From: the human T2T-CHM13v2.0 reference genome, Homo sapiens
Strand: one strand, 5' to 3'
NCBI RefSeq assembly: GCF_009914755.1
Contig: NC_060925.1
DNA length: 64,000 nucleotides
How positions within the stretch are numbered: position 1 is the stretch's first letter; each line of letters starts with the position of its first letter. The translations under genes were made by a program, and so were the position numbers. Below are positions 27,606 through 43,329 of the stretch, piece by piece. The notes below the pieces were generated by a model. It worked only from the letters and a program-made list of their open reading frames with translations. It did not search any database and was not told the origin of the DNA.

Positions 27606-28484
27606 AAACAGGGTGCAAGAGAGGAGAGGAAGTAGCAGCTTGTCTTGTTCATGCTGTCTGAGGTGCATGTCGGAGGGATGGGGTGGGGGCGGGAAGTGTT
27701 AAAAACAAAGAATAGAACATTATACAACACAAGCAGAAAATACAGGGCACAAACGCACTTGTATAAAACACAGAGTTTCCATAAACTTAAAACATGTCTG
27801 AATGATGGAGCTAACAGCCCTTAACTCCCCACACCCAGGCTGCACCACAGCATATGTCACCCCCTTGCTTGCAAATGTGCCCAAAAGGCAATGACATTCC
27901 AAGTTTCCTCTGACAAGCCCAAGGACAGGGCATGAGTTTTCCAAGTTCCTTTCCATTCAAGAAAAGGAAGAGAAGAGAATAGAGAAGAATCAACAAAACA
28001 ACTCCAAATAGAAGTAAACGAGAGCCAAGAACAGAACTATTTCTCATAATTAAACCCCAATTTCTATAAATTACAATCCTCATTCTAGTGATGACCTATA
28101 ATAAGATTTGCATTTTCCTCTGATGGTATTTTCCTTAAGAGATGGATAACAAGGTCTTAATCTTCATCTCCCAGACCACTCTAGGGTTCGAAGCACAGGC
28201 TTTACAGAAATGTGCTGTTATGGGCCATCATCTTCAAATCATTTCCACACAAGTCTAGGAAAATAAGACAGGCTAGGATAAGCCTCCGGTTTTTAAAATT
28301 GCTAATCAAGGGCATCAGTTCTTAACTATATTGCTGTAAGATATGTCACAAAACTTTTGTTACCAGTAAGAAAAATGACCAACATATGTGAATGATTTAA
28401 CTTTTAATAATTATTAAAGTACTACACTACACATAATAAAAAATAATACATACTCATAAACTCAACTTCCCTGAGTTGCCAGTA

Positions 28485-28605
28485 GGAAGCAACCCTGCCG
28501 AGCCCTTGATTTTGGATTTCTGGCCTCCAGAATTGTGAGGACATACATTTCTGTGGTTTTAAGCCACTGAGTTTGTGGTTATGGAATCCCAGAAAATGAA
28601 TAAAA
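28485..28605 (+). mobile_element. MLT1 (MaLR) LTR 3' fragment
   Basis: TTGATTTTGGATTTCTGGCCTCCAGAATTGTGAG..TTTTAAGCCAC motif. Confidence 0.65.
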
Positions 28606-30289
28606 TTATCTATCTTTTCAAGTTACTTCAGTTTGATATTGATTATGAAAGGTACATATATGCTGTCAAACAGAAGAGACTTTAGGGAGAAAAAATCTCG
28701 CATAAATGCAACAAGTTGCCATGACTCTAAGTGCCAAGGTCATATAACATGCAAACTGTGATAATTTCACCAAAACCAAAACAAAGTGGAACAAATCCTC
28801 AGACACAGTTGTTGATAATTCCCACCCTGGCCTCCTCTGACATTTCCTTTGGATCAATTTGGCTGCACCTCTTCTGTCAAGCAGGAGCTGGACGACATTT
28901 TGGTCAGCTCCTCCCCAGAAGGGAGCTACAATCTCTGCTCTAACAATCCCCAATTGTTGTCTTAAGTTAGACTGTGTTCATCAATGGCTACCTACTAAAC
29001 TTAGCTTTTTATCTGTACATTTTCCAATCAGGTCGTATTATTTTCTCCTGGTAGGCAAGTGTTTACATTTATCCATTTTCCTGATATAAAGCTACTTCGT
29101 ATCAGTGTGTTATTAGTCTCTAATTATAAGAAGATAATCCAGAAGAGAAAGTCCAGTCAATTTTATATAAGTTAAAAAAAAAGATGTGAAACCTATTTTT
29201 AGAATTAACATTTCCTTCCTAAATATCTAACACGACACACTTACGGACTCTTAACACATCCTTCTTACATGAAGGGAGCAGCAGAGCAGAGGGCGACAAG
29301 AGCACCAAGGCCAGGTGGAGCCACAGCCAATGTGGGCCCATCTCACTCCGCAGGGAGAAGCAACTGCACTGTGCACAGTGTGCAATCTGGCAGAAGGGAA
29401 ACGCCGTCTTAAAGAGCTTCAGATGCAGCAACCTTGAAGAAGGGCTGTGCCAGAAAGTCCACCAGATGAGGCCGCAAACCTATCAAAGGGCATCAGACAC
29501 TCTGTGCACAGGGTACACAAAACAATGCCTCCCACATTCTGTGACTTCCTGCGTGTGCCACTTGGACCACCACACTCCCTACCTGCACCATCTTACCTGG
29601 ACAGACTAAATCTCAGCCACCTCATGACTAGGATATTAACATGGCTTCCAGTTCTATAAATTCCTCCCCCTTAAGAATGCATGTCTGTAAAATCAGAAAT
29701 GATGAAAACTGGACTTGTGAGTGGCTTTGTAGTAGGGATTACAGGTCCAGAATAGAATAGGTTCAGTAACATATTTAAGATATTTAAGGGAAAAAATATA
29801 AGCCAAAGATTTAACATCTAAATAGTGACTATCCAGGGTAAAAGTCACACATATTTTTTATGAGTACACACAAACACAGGAAGTACGGTGACCAGGAGCT
29901 GAGGGATGACCCACTAAAGAATAAGCTCCGGAAACCAAAATGACTAGAGGCAGACGCAAAGGTGAGCTGCCGGGTGGTCTGTATTTATCTGTGGAGCTGC
30001 TGGCACATGACGGTGATAAAAGTGCAGCATGCCATGGTTACCAGCTTGGACAATGCAGACAAAGAACAACCACCAGAGAAGTGGTAGGGGCGGGCAGAAG
30101 ATGTGCAGGGGCCAACTGGGACTGGGGTGTCCATCAGATAACTGCAGTATCAGGTACTATGGGGAGCCAACCAAAGAAACTAAGTGTTTGCTATAAAGGC
30201 ATTAGGATAAAAGTGGAAAAAAAAAGGGAGGAAGAAAGCCCTCTTAAATACCAAAAGGGTAAAAGCAAATAAAATAGAACAAGGTGGTT

Positions 30290-30760
30290 CCCTGTTATCT
30301 GTGATGTAAAAAATGGACTTGGCTCACCTATTAAATGGAAAGCAGTCTTGGATTGGCTCACAAAGCAAAATCAAACACCATACTACATATAAGATATACA
30401 GCTATAAAAGGCTGGGAAAATATATAGAGAATTTATAGGACTCAGAAAAAAAGTAACTGTCACAGGAAACTTTATAGCATTAAATACCTATATCAATACA
30501 AATTTAAATAATAAAAATAAATTATTTAAACATATAACTGAAAAAGCCAGAAAAAGAATAAGTGAACCAAAAGAAAGGGGTGAATTATTACAAATGAAAG
30601 CAGATATTATTAAGTAGAAAAAGAATAGAACTAAGAAGTAAATCCAAAAGCTGGCTCTCAAGAGAAAATAATCAACCAAAACAAACCACTAGGTATCTGA
30701 TTAGAAAAAAAAAAATAAGAAAGTTACAAGTGCTAACAGAAGAAAATTTAAACATTGTAA
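30290..30760 (+). mobile_element. Old L1M ORF2 remnant
   Basis: A-rich degenerate L1-like motifs (GGAAACTTTATAGCATTAAATACCTATAT; AAATCCAAAAGCTGG). Confidence 0.55.
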
Positions 30761-32819
30761 AAGATAAGGAAAAGAAAGGGATAGAGAGAAAAACGTGTAG
30801 ATTAAAAGAGACTTTAAAAACAGTCTCCACCACAACTCATATGTACAGGCATTAGTAAAAAGTTACAGACAAGTCCCAGACTGTCCAAGTGAGACCTCAT
30901 GTAGGTCTGCCCTAGTCTCAACTCTGCAGGACACTGATGTCTACAGCAGGACCCCGTTCCATCCTCAGCTCACCCTTCGAAGTTGTTGTGCCTCTGTTAG
31001 CTCCCTGGCTGTGCTTTTGCTTCTTCTATGAGGCTGCCTGCTCCAGGAACACATCCTATTGCCTTCTGGCTCAACCAGGATGTGGCTCAAACCCTTCCTG
31101 GCTCAAGCCCCCTTCCCTGCTCCCAAGAAATCTCCCAACCCCTCCTCTTTCTCACCTTGGCCTTGGGAATGAGAACACAGAAACTACAAAACCCGGACTT
31201 GGCCTTTTCAAGAGGATGATGGTAATAAATGGTGACTACAATGAGTACTTTTAGCCTCAAGGACCTTCTAAAGCAGCCCAAAGCATGGAGATTGGGTTCA
31301 TTATTACACAGCTGCCAGAATGATCTTCCTGGCACAGATCAGATATGCCTTAAAGGAATATTATCGCCTTCAGAAAAAAAAATGTCCAGAGCACTTTGCC
31401 TGGTGATCAACATCCTGCATGGTCTCACCCAAACTATCATCCACATCATGTGCCTCCTGGTTCCCCTTCGCACCATTGCTGACCAAACTGAGCTACCCTG
31501 TTGATGTTTTCCTAAACAGATCCCAGGGAGCCCCTTCTCAGATCTTTGATCATACATTCCCTTCCCCTGGCGTAGTCAGACAGCATTTTGTATATGAAGC
31601 TCATCCCTTTAAGGCACTTACTGTGCACCAAAAGACAGCAGAGGTGAGAGCCACAAATAGCCTCCAGAATCCTGTTTCCCAGCGGTCAGTCACACCTGGG
31701 AGCACGCTCTCAGGCACCCTTTAAGAGGACACTCCCAGATATCCCCCAGCTACTACCAAGAAGTCTGTGCCTGTTTCCCCTCTTGGAAAGTTTCCATTTT
31801 TGTAGACTTTTTGGGTCTTGGCTTGGGCTCCGCCTTTGTTATTTTTCTCTTCTACTGTGCCCATCTGAGCTTCAGGATCAGGTCCTCCCAGCCCCCCAGC
31901 ACTAAGAGTTATGACAAGAATTCCTTTCCCTCAATTTCACAGGTCTGCATCCTCCCCATCCTTCCAGGCCCTGCTCAAATCCCACGTCCCCTATAATTTT
32001 TTTCAAATTCTTCAGGCTACAAGAACCTCCCTCTCATCTGGACCCCTGGCACACTTGATTTATTTTTCTCTTGACACTTGAACTTTCTTTTCAAGCTTTC
32101 TATGCATTTGGCCTAACCCCTTTCTAGATATGAAAATTCAAGTTTGGTAAATCTAAGTTTTACTTTTAGTTTATCTTTGTTTCCCTCCCACACTAGAAAC
32201 ACAGTACATGGGCCGCCATATATATTTTTTTCACAATGTATTTTAAATATTTTGCTGAATGGGTGAATAGGTGAATGATCCTCTTGCATGGGAGCCAATG
32301 TTGGAGTCTTTACATAGATCTTCCGGTCAGAGCAGAGTATCTCAGCCTTTCAGGAAATAAGCCCATAAACAGTCATCCAGTTACTTCCACCCAATTTAAT
32401 CACCAAAACCTCTAGGCTGCCTCTGTTAGGTGAGCCCACTAGAATGGTGTGTTACAAACTCATAATTACAAAAGACAGAATGACAATCTAAAACCTCTCT
32501 TTTTTGACAGATATCAGTTGTCAGTATAAGTAAACACTTAAATACCAGAGGAAATGGAATGTTCACATAAGTAAGATCTTGTCCACACTTCAGTGTAGAG
32601 CCCTATGTAATACACATGCTTGGTCTGACAAATGATGAAGTGGCCACGGGTCCTTTTCAGTGGCCAGCATCCAGATCAGCAAAAACACACTACACTGATC
32701 TCCAAAAGAAAGGTTGTTACGGAGGTTAGGGAGGACTGCCAGAGGGGAGGTGGGGTTTGGAGCTACATTTCCTTGCAAATGCCCACTTTGAGGAATTGTA
32801 GACCCAAACACCACCTTCC

Positions 32820-33755
32820 GTCCTGCACTGCTCCCTAATCTCCAGCACAGCTACTCCCCTCCGGCACTTCTCCCTCCCCTCCAACACTCCCCCCTCCCTT
32901 CCAGCACTCCCCCTCCCTCCAGCACACCCCCCTCCCCCGCAGCGCTCTCCCTTCCTCTCCAAAACTCCCCCCTTCCCTCCAACACTCCCCCCTCCCCCCA
33001 ACACTCCCCCCTCCCCTCCCTCCCCTCCAGCACACCCCCTCCCCTCCAACACTCCCGCCTCCCCTCCAACACTACCTCTACCCTCCAACACTCCCCCCTT
33101 CCGTCCAACACTCCCCTCTCCCGTCCAACACTCCCCCCTCCCCTCCAACACTCCCCCCTCCCCTCCAGCACACCCTCCTTCCCTCCAGCACACCCTCCTT
33201 CCCTCCAACACTCCCCCTCCCCTCCAACACTCCCCCCTCCCCTCTAGCACACCCCCTCCCCTCCAACACTACCCCTCCCCTCCAACACTCCCCCCTCCCC
33301 TCCAGCACACCCCTCTCCCCTCCAACATTCCCACCTCCCCTCCAACATCCTCCTCCCCATAAGCACTCCCTCCTCCCTTCCAGCAAACCCCCTCCTCTCT
33401 AACACTCCCCCCTCCCCTTCAGCACACCCTCCTCCCCATAAGCACTCTCACCTTTTCACCAGCACTCCCCCTCCCCTCCAGAACACCCCCCTTCCTTCCA
33501 GCACTCCCCTCTCCCCATCAGTACTCCCCCCTCCCCACCAGCACCTCCCTGTCCCCAACAGCACCCCTCTCCCCACCAGCATCCCCTCCCCCACCAGCAC
33601 TTCCCCCTCCTCACCAGCATCCCCTCCCCCACCAGCACTCCCTCCTCCCCAAAGCACACCTCTCCCTCACCAGCACTTCCCCCTCCCCACCAGCACCCCC
33701 TCCCCACCAGCGGTTCCCTCCTCCCCCTCCCCCACTAGCACTCCTCCCTCCCCCA
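32820..33755. repeat. C-rich minisatellite (VNTR), ~17-18-bp unit CCCTCCCTCCA(A/G)CACTCC
   Basis: About 50 degenerate units; the minus strand is made of G-runs (VLEGRG repeats in the ORF track). Confidence 0.92.
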
Positions 33756-34139
33756 TTTGATGAAGCTCCACTCCTCCATTAGAATGAAGCTACATAGGCT
33801 TCATCAAATCCATAAAATGAAAAGGCAAAAACCATGTGTTTTCCAGGGGTGGGATGAGGAAGAGGTTCAATACTAAATCCAGGCTTCATTTTCTCAATAG
33901 CTGGCCAGGAATGAGTCGAGGAGACCAATGCTATTAAATGGAGTGTCCTTTGGTGACCATAACCCAATTTCACCACACATGAAAAAGTGAGCAAGATTCC
34001 AAGGTTCTAAACCGGAGAACAATGCCAAAATGGTTTTCACTTAGAATATTTTTTAAAAAGGGTTCCAGTAAAATGTATGGTTTTGAGCAACCTAATTTTC
34101 AGAGTATCTATCATTATGAATTAGGAGAAAAATTCACAT

Positions 34140-34665
34140 TTATGGACACAACCACTTTGGAAAACCTTTGGCAATTTCTTCCAAATCTGAACACATGCGT
34201 ACCCAATAACTGAGCATTTGCACTCCTAGGCATATACCCAATAGAAATGCAAACATATATTCACAAAAGACATGCACAAGAATATTCATAGCAGCACTAT
34301 TTATAATCAAACACTGGAAAGAACCCAAATTCTCAGCAACAGTAGAATGGGAGAGAAACATTGGGAAATGCAGGCATGAGCATAACCAACTACTGCCGCA
34401 CGCCACAACATAATGTTGCATGAAAGCCTCAAGACACAGAATGTACACGCTGCATGATTCATTTATAATTAAGTTCAAAACAGGCAAAGCTCATCCATGG
34501 TGATATAAATTGCAAGAGGAGTCATTGTGGGGACAGAAAGGAGCAAGGAAGGAGCAAGAGGGAAGCCTCCAGGGAGTGGTAATGTGTTCTCTGATCAAGG
34601 TACCATACGGAGGTACACTTAAGATTTCTACAGTTTCTGTAGATGTGTTACACTTCAATAAAAAT
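34140..34665 (+). mobile_element. Old L1 (L1ME/MC) 3' fragment
   Basis: CAAGAATATTCATAGCAGCACTATTTATAAT and CACTTCAATAAAAA motifs. Confidence 0.7.
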
Positions 34666-34677
34666 TTACAACACACC

Positions 34678-34895
<218 letters not shown>

Positions 34896-34900
34896 TTACA

Positions 34901-34942
<42 letters not shown>

Positions 34943-35116
34943 CTAAGTAACAACCAAGCTGCTAAATGGCTGTCATAACAACTACCTTTTCAAAATATCC
35001 ACAAAAATAATAATTTAAAATATGAAGTCTCCATCCTTCTTTCTGACAATAATCATATCACAAAATAAAATGTTTATGAGACCACTTCTGGCTCAAGACA
35101 ATAAAACCACACCATT

Positions 35117-35255
35117 GGCTGGGGTCAGTGGCTCATGCCTGCAATCCCAGCACTTTGGGAGGCCGAGGTGGGAGGATCGCTTGAGGCTGGGAGTTCAAGA
35201 ACAGCCTGGGCAACAGAGCGCGACCCCCGTCTCTACAAAATATTTTTAAATTAGC
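35117..35255 (+). mobile_element. Alu monomer (FLAM_C-like)
   Basis: Left-arm only. Confidence 0.82.
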
Positions 35256-36335
35256 CACACCACTAGCATCTTTGATAAGGGGAATGGGAGTGAGTATTTG
35301 AAACATCTGAATCCAGTTTCTGGTCATTAAATCTCTTACGTTGGTATGAAAATCACCTGCCAGAGGACCTGTTTCCCCAAGCTCTAAAACTAGTCTGTGT
35401 TCAAACATGGGAATCAGAGCACGTGGAACAGCCCGGATGAGCATCAAGTGACACAGCTGTTGAGTCCCAAGGCCTTAAGGAAGGCATGGGCCTCCGATCC
35501 ATTCCTGGGACAGAGCCCATCCCTGTGCACCTGCTCCCAGCAGTGGGAATTTGCCTGATCCTGCGTCCGCAGATCCCTGCTCTGTTAATGCCACCGCTAT
35601 CCTGGTTCTCCCAAGACTAGAGCTCTGCCCTGTTTGTACATTTTCTGTAGTTTTTGGTGGTTTTTTAAAAATTCTCCTTTCCTCTATTACTCGTCTATTT
35701 AATTTTGTATTCCTTGCTTCAGCTGAATGTAAAAATAAAAATGCTAAGGTACTTAAAGAAACATGGGGAAAGTGCTACATAATCTTCGGAGGGGAAGCTG
35801 TTCTAAGTATACACAAAATCCAAATGCCATTTCTTAAAAACTGATAAAATAAATTACATTTTAAATTGATTTCATAACTACACAAAGGAAATTTATTTCA
35901 ATAAATTACTAACATAATGCACCATTAGCGAGACATATTGTAAGGACAGAAAGAACTGAGGAAGAGATTCAATACTAAATCCAGGCTTAATTTTCTCAAT
36001 GCTGGCCAGGAATGGGTCGAGGAGACCAATGCTATTAAATGGAGACCCCTTTGGTGGCCATAACCAGAAAGAAATATTGAGCTTTACTTAGCAGTTTTAT
36101 TGTCAGTAGTGGCATTGGTGATGCAGCGCTGCAACTATTTGTTTATTTGTTATGTATTATAAGATAGAACAATGAGCAAAGTCATTGAGATCCCACAGAA
36201 AATCCCACAAGATTCTCTGCGGGAGAAGGGAGATAGGATAGTGAATAGGAGGAGTTGGGGAAGAAGCTTGTGATGTCATATTCGGATAGGAATATAAACT
36301 CATGATATGTATTTACGTGTACATATGCATTTAAT

Positions 36336-36694
36336 ACAAGTGGTCCCTGACTTAACTTTTTTATTTTATGATGTTGGAAAAGTGATAAACATTCAGTAGA
36401 AACTGTACTTTCAGCACCCATACAACCATACTGTTTTTCACTTTCTGTACAGTATTCAATAGATTACATGAGATATTCAACACTGTATTATGAACACTTT
36501 ATTATAAAATGTATTAGATTATTTTGCCCAACTGTAGGCTAATATAAGTGCTCTGATCACATTCAAAGGTAGGCTAAGATAAGCTGTGATGTTTGGTAGA
36601 TGAAGTGTATTAAATGCATTTCTGACTTAACAATATTTTCAATTTACCATGGATCTATCAAGATGTAATCCCATCATAAGTCAAGGAACATCTG
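36336..36694. mobile_element. Tigger2 (MER28-type) DNA transposon
   Basis: TA-flanked degenerate TIRs CAAGTGGTCCCTGACTTA...TAAGTCAAGGAACATCTG. Confidence 0.75.
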
Positions 36695-36927
36695 TATGTG
36701 CTTTAACTGTACATATTTAATTTTACATATTTTTTAATTCTGTAGGAAAACATAATGAACAAAATGAGACATAGGTGGAAATTCCAGAAAACATTTGTAA
36801 CACATATGACAAAAGGCTAATTTCCTTAATATATAAAGGGCCACTTATAAATCAATTTTTAAAACTCAGCAAAACACAAAGAACATGAACAGATATTTCT
36901 CAAGAGAGAAAAAATAGATGGCTTCTT

Positions 36928-37230
36928 GGCAGGGCGCAGTGGCTCATGCCTGTAATCCCAGCACTTTGGGAGGCTGAGGCAGATGGATCCCTTGAGGCCA
37001 GGCATTAGGGACCAGCCTGGCCAACATGGCGAAACCCCGTCTTTACTAAAAATACAAAAATTAACCGGGCCTGGTGACACACACCTGTAATCCCAGCTAC
37101 TTGGAGGCTGAGGCACAAGAATTGCTTAAACCCAGGAGGCGGAGGTTGCTGTGAGCCAAGATCACCCCACTGCACTCCAGCCTAGGTAACAGAGTAAGAC
37201 TCTGTCTCAAAAAAAAAAAAAAAAAAAAAA
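36928..37230 (+). mobile_element. Alu
   Basis: Full dimer, poly-A, TSD TGGCTTCTT. Confidence 0.94.
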
Positions 37231-37259
37231 GTTGGCTTCTTATATCAAAAAATGCTTAA

Positions 37260-38085
37260 CCTTGAAACAACAAGATACTCTACACATCTATTTGATTGGC
37301 CAAAATGCAGAGCACTGACATCAAATGCTGGTGAGAATACGGAGCAACAGGAACTCTTGTTCATTACTGATGGAAATGCAAAATGGTACAGCTACTGTGG
37401 AAAACAATTTGGTGGTTTCTTTTGTTTGTTTTCTTTTTTTCTAAAAGGCCATTACAGCGTTAGACAGTTTGGTGATTTCTTACAAAACTAAACATGCTTT
37501 TACCACATGATCCAGCAATTACATTCCTTGGTATTTACCCAAAGGAATTGAAAACTTATGTCCACACAAAAACCTATACACCAATGTTTATAGCAGCTTT
37601 ATTCATAATTGCCAAAACTTGAAGCAACCAAGATTTTACTGAGTAAAAGAAGCCAATGTGAAAAGGCCACGTACTGTATGATTCCAACTATATAACACTC
37701 TAGAAGGGCAAAACTATGAAGATAGTAAAAAGATCAGCAGTTGCCGGGAGTTAGGAGGACAGAGGGATGAATAGGTGGATCACAGAGGATTTTTTGGGTA
37801 GTGAAGCTACTACATATGATGCTATAATAGTGAATACATGTCATTATACATTTGTCCAAACCCACAGAATGTACAACATGGAGAGTAAACTCTAAGATAA
37901 ACTATGGACTCTGGGTGGTAATGATGAGTGAATGTAGGTTCATCGATTGTAATAAGTGTACCCCATCTGGTGGGGAATGTTGACAATGGGGAAGGCTATG
38001 CATGTGTGGGGCAGAGGACGTACTGGAAATCTCTGTACCTCCTGCTCAATTTTGCTGTGAACTTAAAACTGCTCTAAAAAATAAA
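37260..38085 (+). mobile_element. L1MC1-type 3' fragment
   Basis: 3'UTR ending GCTCAATTTTGCTGTGAACTTAAAACTGCTCTAAAAAATAAA. Confidence 0.85.
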
Positions 38086-38221
38086 GGCAATTTTTAAAAT
38101 ATTGCTGACTTTAAATGTTTAAAATGCAAATGAAAAAAACTCAAAGGGGGAGAAAATGGTAATAGCTACCAAATTTCAAATTCAGATACTTTTGACGCAT
38201 AATTTCTCTTCTAAACATTTA

Positions 38222-38522
<301 letters not shown>

Positions 38523-38614
38523 TTATCCTACAGACACACATGGATGGATGCAAAAATGTGTACACCAGGATATTGATTACACTACTATTTGTAGCAACAG
38601 AAATTTACGGATAC

Positions 38615-38933
<319 letters not shown>

Positions 38934-39934
38934 TTACAACATATCCATCCATACAATGAAATACTACCCAGCTGTTAAAACAATGAGATAATTCATACAT
39001 CTTGACATGGAAACATGTCCAAGATACATTGTTAAATTTTTTAAAAGGCAATGCACTAACATGATGTATTTGTAGCTACTCTCGGTGTTTAAAAACAAAA
39101 GGATATATATATATATAGTTTATATCCATTAAATATATCTACAAGAACATGAAAACAAAAACCAAAACAGTGGTTGCTTCTAGGGAAGGAAGCTGGAAGA
39201 CTTGGTGGGGGTGTGGTGGTTGATGTTGAAACAACTTTTCACTTATGCTCTCTTAAACTTTTTGGATTTTTATTAAGCTATTTAAACATAAGTAATTATT
39301 CAAGTAAACAGTTTCTTCACTAGAAAAATGTAACTTAAAGGTTTTAATGAAAATTAAAAATTAGAAAAATAGGCGTGAAAAACATAACTTACCAACATAG
39401 TATTAAAAAATGGATAACATTAGTGCTCAGATTTCCCCTGATGAGTGGTCAGAGTTGTTAAGTGGTTTCAGACAAGTAAATACAGACAGGTTAATTGCTG
39501 GGGAGGGCCGAGCCTTGTTACTAATGAAAGAAACACAGATTTAGGCAACATCAAGAAGCATTATACTATCAATAATGAAAACCAATAAAACTGGAGCTTT
39601 CCAAATGGTTCCACTCATTTGAATGATGTGTGCATATCTTTTCCCAAATAATGCTGATACACATCTGCTCAAATACATGAAAGTTACCATCCTGCCAACT
39701 CTTATGGAAGGAGCAAGTTTGCATGTCAGCTGCACAGAAAAGAGGGAAAGTGGTAAGAAGAGGAGATGGGGAGGGAGGCATTTGACAACTTTTCAAGACA
39801 CCGGCACCAACAACTTACTTGTTTATTGGGGGTTAGCGGCTTTAGGAAAAAATGGTAATTAAATAGAATGTTTTATTTCTGTAAGGCAACTTGGGAATAC
39901 ATAAGAATTATAAAATCATTCTTTGATCCTCTAG

Positions 39935-40314
<380 letters not shown>

Positions 40315-40956
40315 CATGATTTTACTTTCTAAAATGTAAGTATGTAGATAGACTAATTCTAGCATATTAGGTAATATTGAATTAAAAGCAGTATACCAAA
40401 TAACGGATGAACACTTGTTACAATTATATAAGTCTATGTAGAGACATGATCAAAAGTAGAAAATTAATTTGGAGGAGTGGAAATAGTTTATAATGTATTC
40501 ATTAGGTTGTGTGAATGGTTGTTTAAATTCACAGAAGAGACCCTATCCATCTGGCAGGCAGTCCAACAGAACAAGGAGGACCAGATGGGCACAGTAATAC
40601 GTCAGTACTGGCAGAAGAAAGAATATCCAGGACAGGATTAATTACTAATGCCCCCACCCACCTTGGGACCCGGGACAGGCCAGTTGGCCGGCTCGACTTG
40701 TCCTGCAGGCACCCAAGGGAATTAAAGGCCACCTGGTGGCTATATCAGAAAATTACAGCTCAGTTGATTCCTGGAGGGCAGCTGCAGCAAGAAAAACTAA
40801 ATAGGACCTAGACTGACCACAATGTATTGGTTAGCTTCACATACACACAGAAGTATCTTAACAGATTATAACTATTTCCTGCAAATCCTGTTACTTCCTC
40901 TTCATTTTTGCCAGGGTCCTCAGTCATGCCTTCTCTCACATTCAATCAGCATAAAA

Positions 40957-41988
<1,032 letters not shown>

Positions 41989-42353
41989 TATCTCTATCTT
42001 CTTTCCTCTGAAAATGCCACATGCAGAATTCATTACTATTGCATGTGAATGAGCAAGATTTAGCATTTAAATAGTCAAAACCATCCCTTTGCTTCAGCAC
42101 ATCCTCTAATTCTTCTCCAGAAACATGGCAATATACATATTTTGTTATTAAACAATAACAATGATAACTGTTTGATTCACAAAGACAAATATGTGTTTTG
42201 TTTCACTATCTTTTTTTAGTGACTCATTCATTATTGAACACTATTCCCATCATTCAGTCAACTCTTGAATATCCTTTGAGATAGTTTGAGTAATTAAAAT
42301 AGCAGCATTTAATTTCAGGTCTATTTTTGATAGAATTATTATTAGTACCCTCA

Positions 42354-42590
<237 letters not shown>

Positions 42591-43329
42591 AAAAGCATTT
42601 TAAAAGATAAGGAAAGTCTCTTTCAAAAGGAACTTCTGGACACTGACACCTGACTCCCTGGGCTTTTGTTTGATTCCCTTTTCCGCTGAGGTCTACTTCC
42701 TGATTACTCAGCTGACCATTCCTCATCTATTTGTCATGAAAGTGAGTGGATCACAGCAGAAGCTCAAAAAACATGAGTCCCTCCTCTTCCCATCCATTTG
42801 GACCAGCATGCCTGTGTAAAGGCCAGAAGTGTGAAACAGGATGGCAAGCACCAGTTGTACATTAGAATGCAGGATGTGAATGAAAGAAGGCATTAAGGGG
42901 GGGATCAGGCCCCTCCTCCCCATCTTTGGGTCCACCTGTGGCTTTGGTAAGTCCCAGGACCAGAGTATGCCCTTCATGACCCCATCCACCTTAACACCTG
43001 CTACTCAAAGATGGGGTTTCACCAGCCCTTCAGTCCATCTTCTCCAGCCTGGGCTTAGTCAGGAGATGTTTCAAAGCCTTCTTCCTTAAATTCATCTTGC
43101 CACAGTACTATCATTATTTACTTTTCCCAAACAAATTGAAAATGAGAAGGTGTGTCCAAAAGGAAACTTGGAAACAGAGACACCAAAAAAATTCAGGTAA
43201 TGCATGGCACTCGCCTAAGAAGTCCTTCCACTTAACTGGATTCCAACACATTGGTTATTCTTTGTTTCCCTGGTTCTTATACTGCTTGTCAATGATCAAA
43301 ACGTCAGAAAATAATTAACATCATCAACA

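Noticed and set aside
32726-33707. Gly-rich ORFs (VLEGRGECW repeats)
   Set aside because: Translations of the VNTR.
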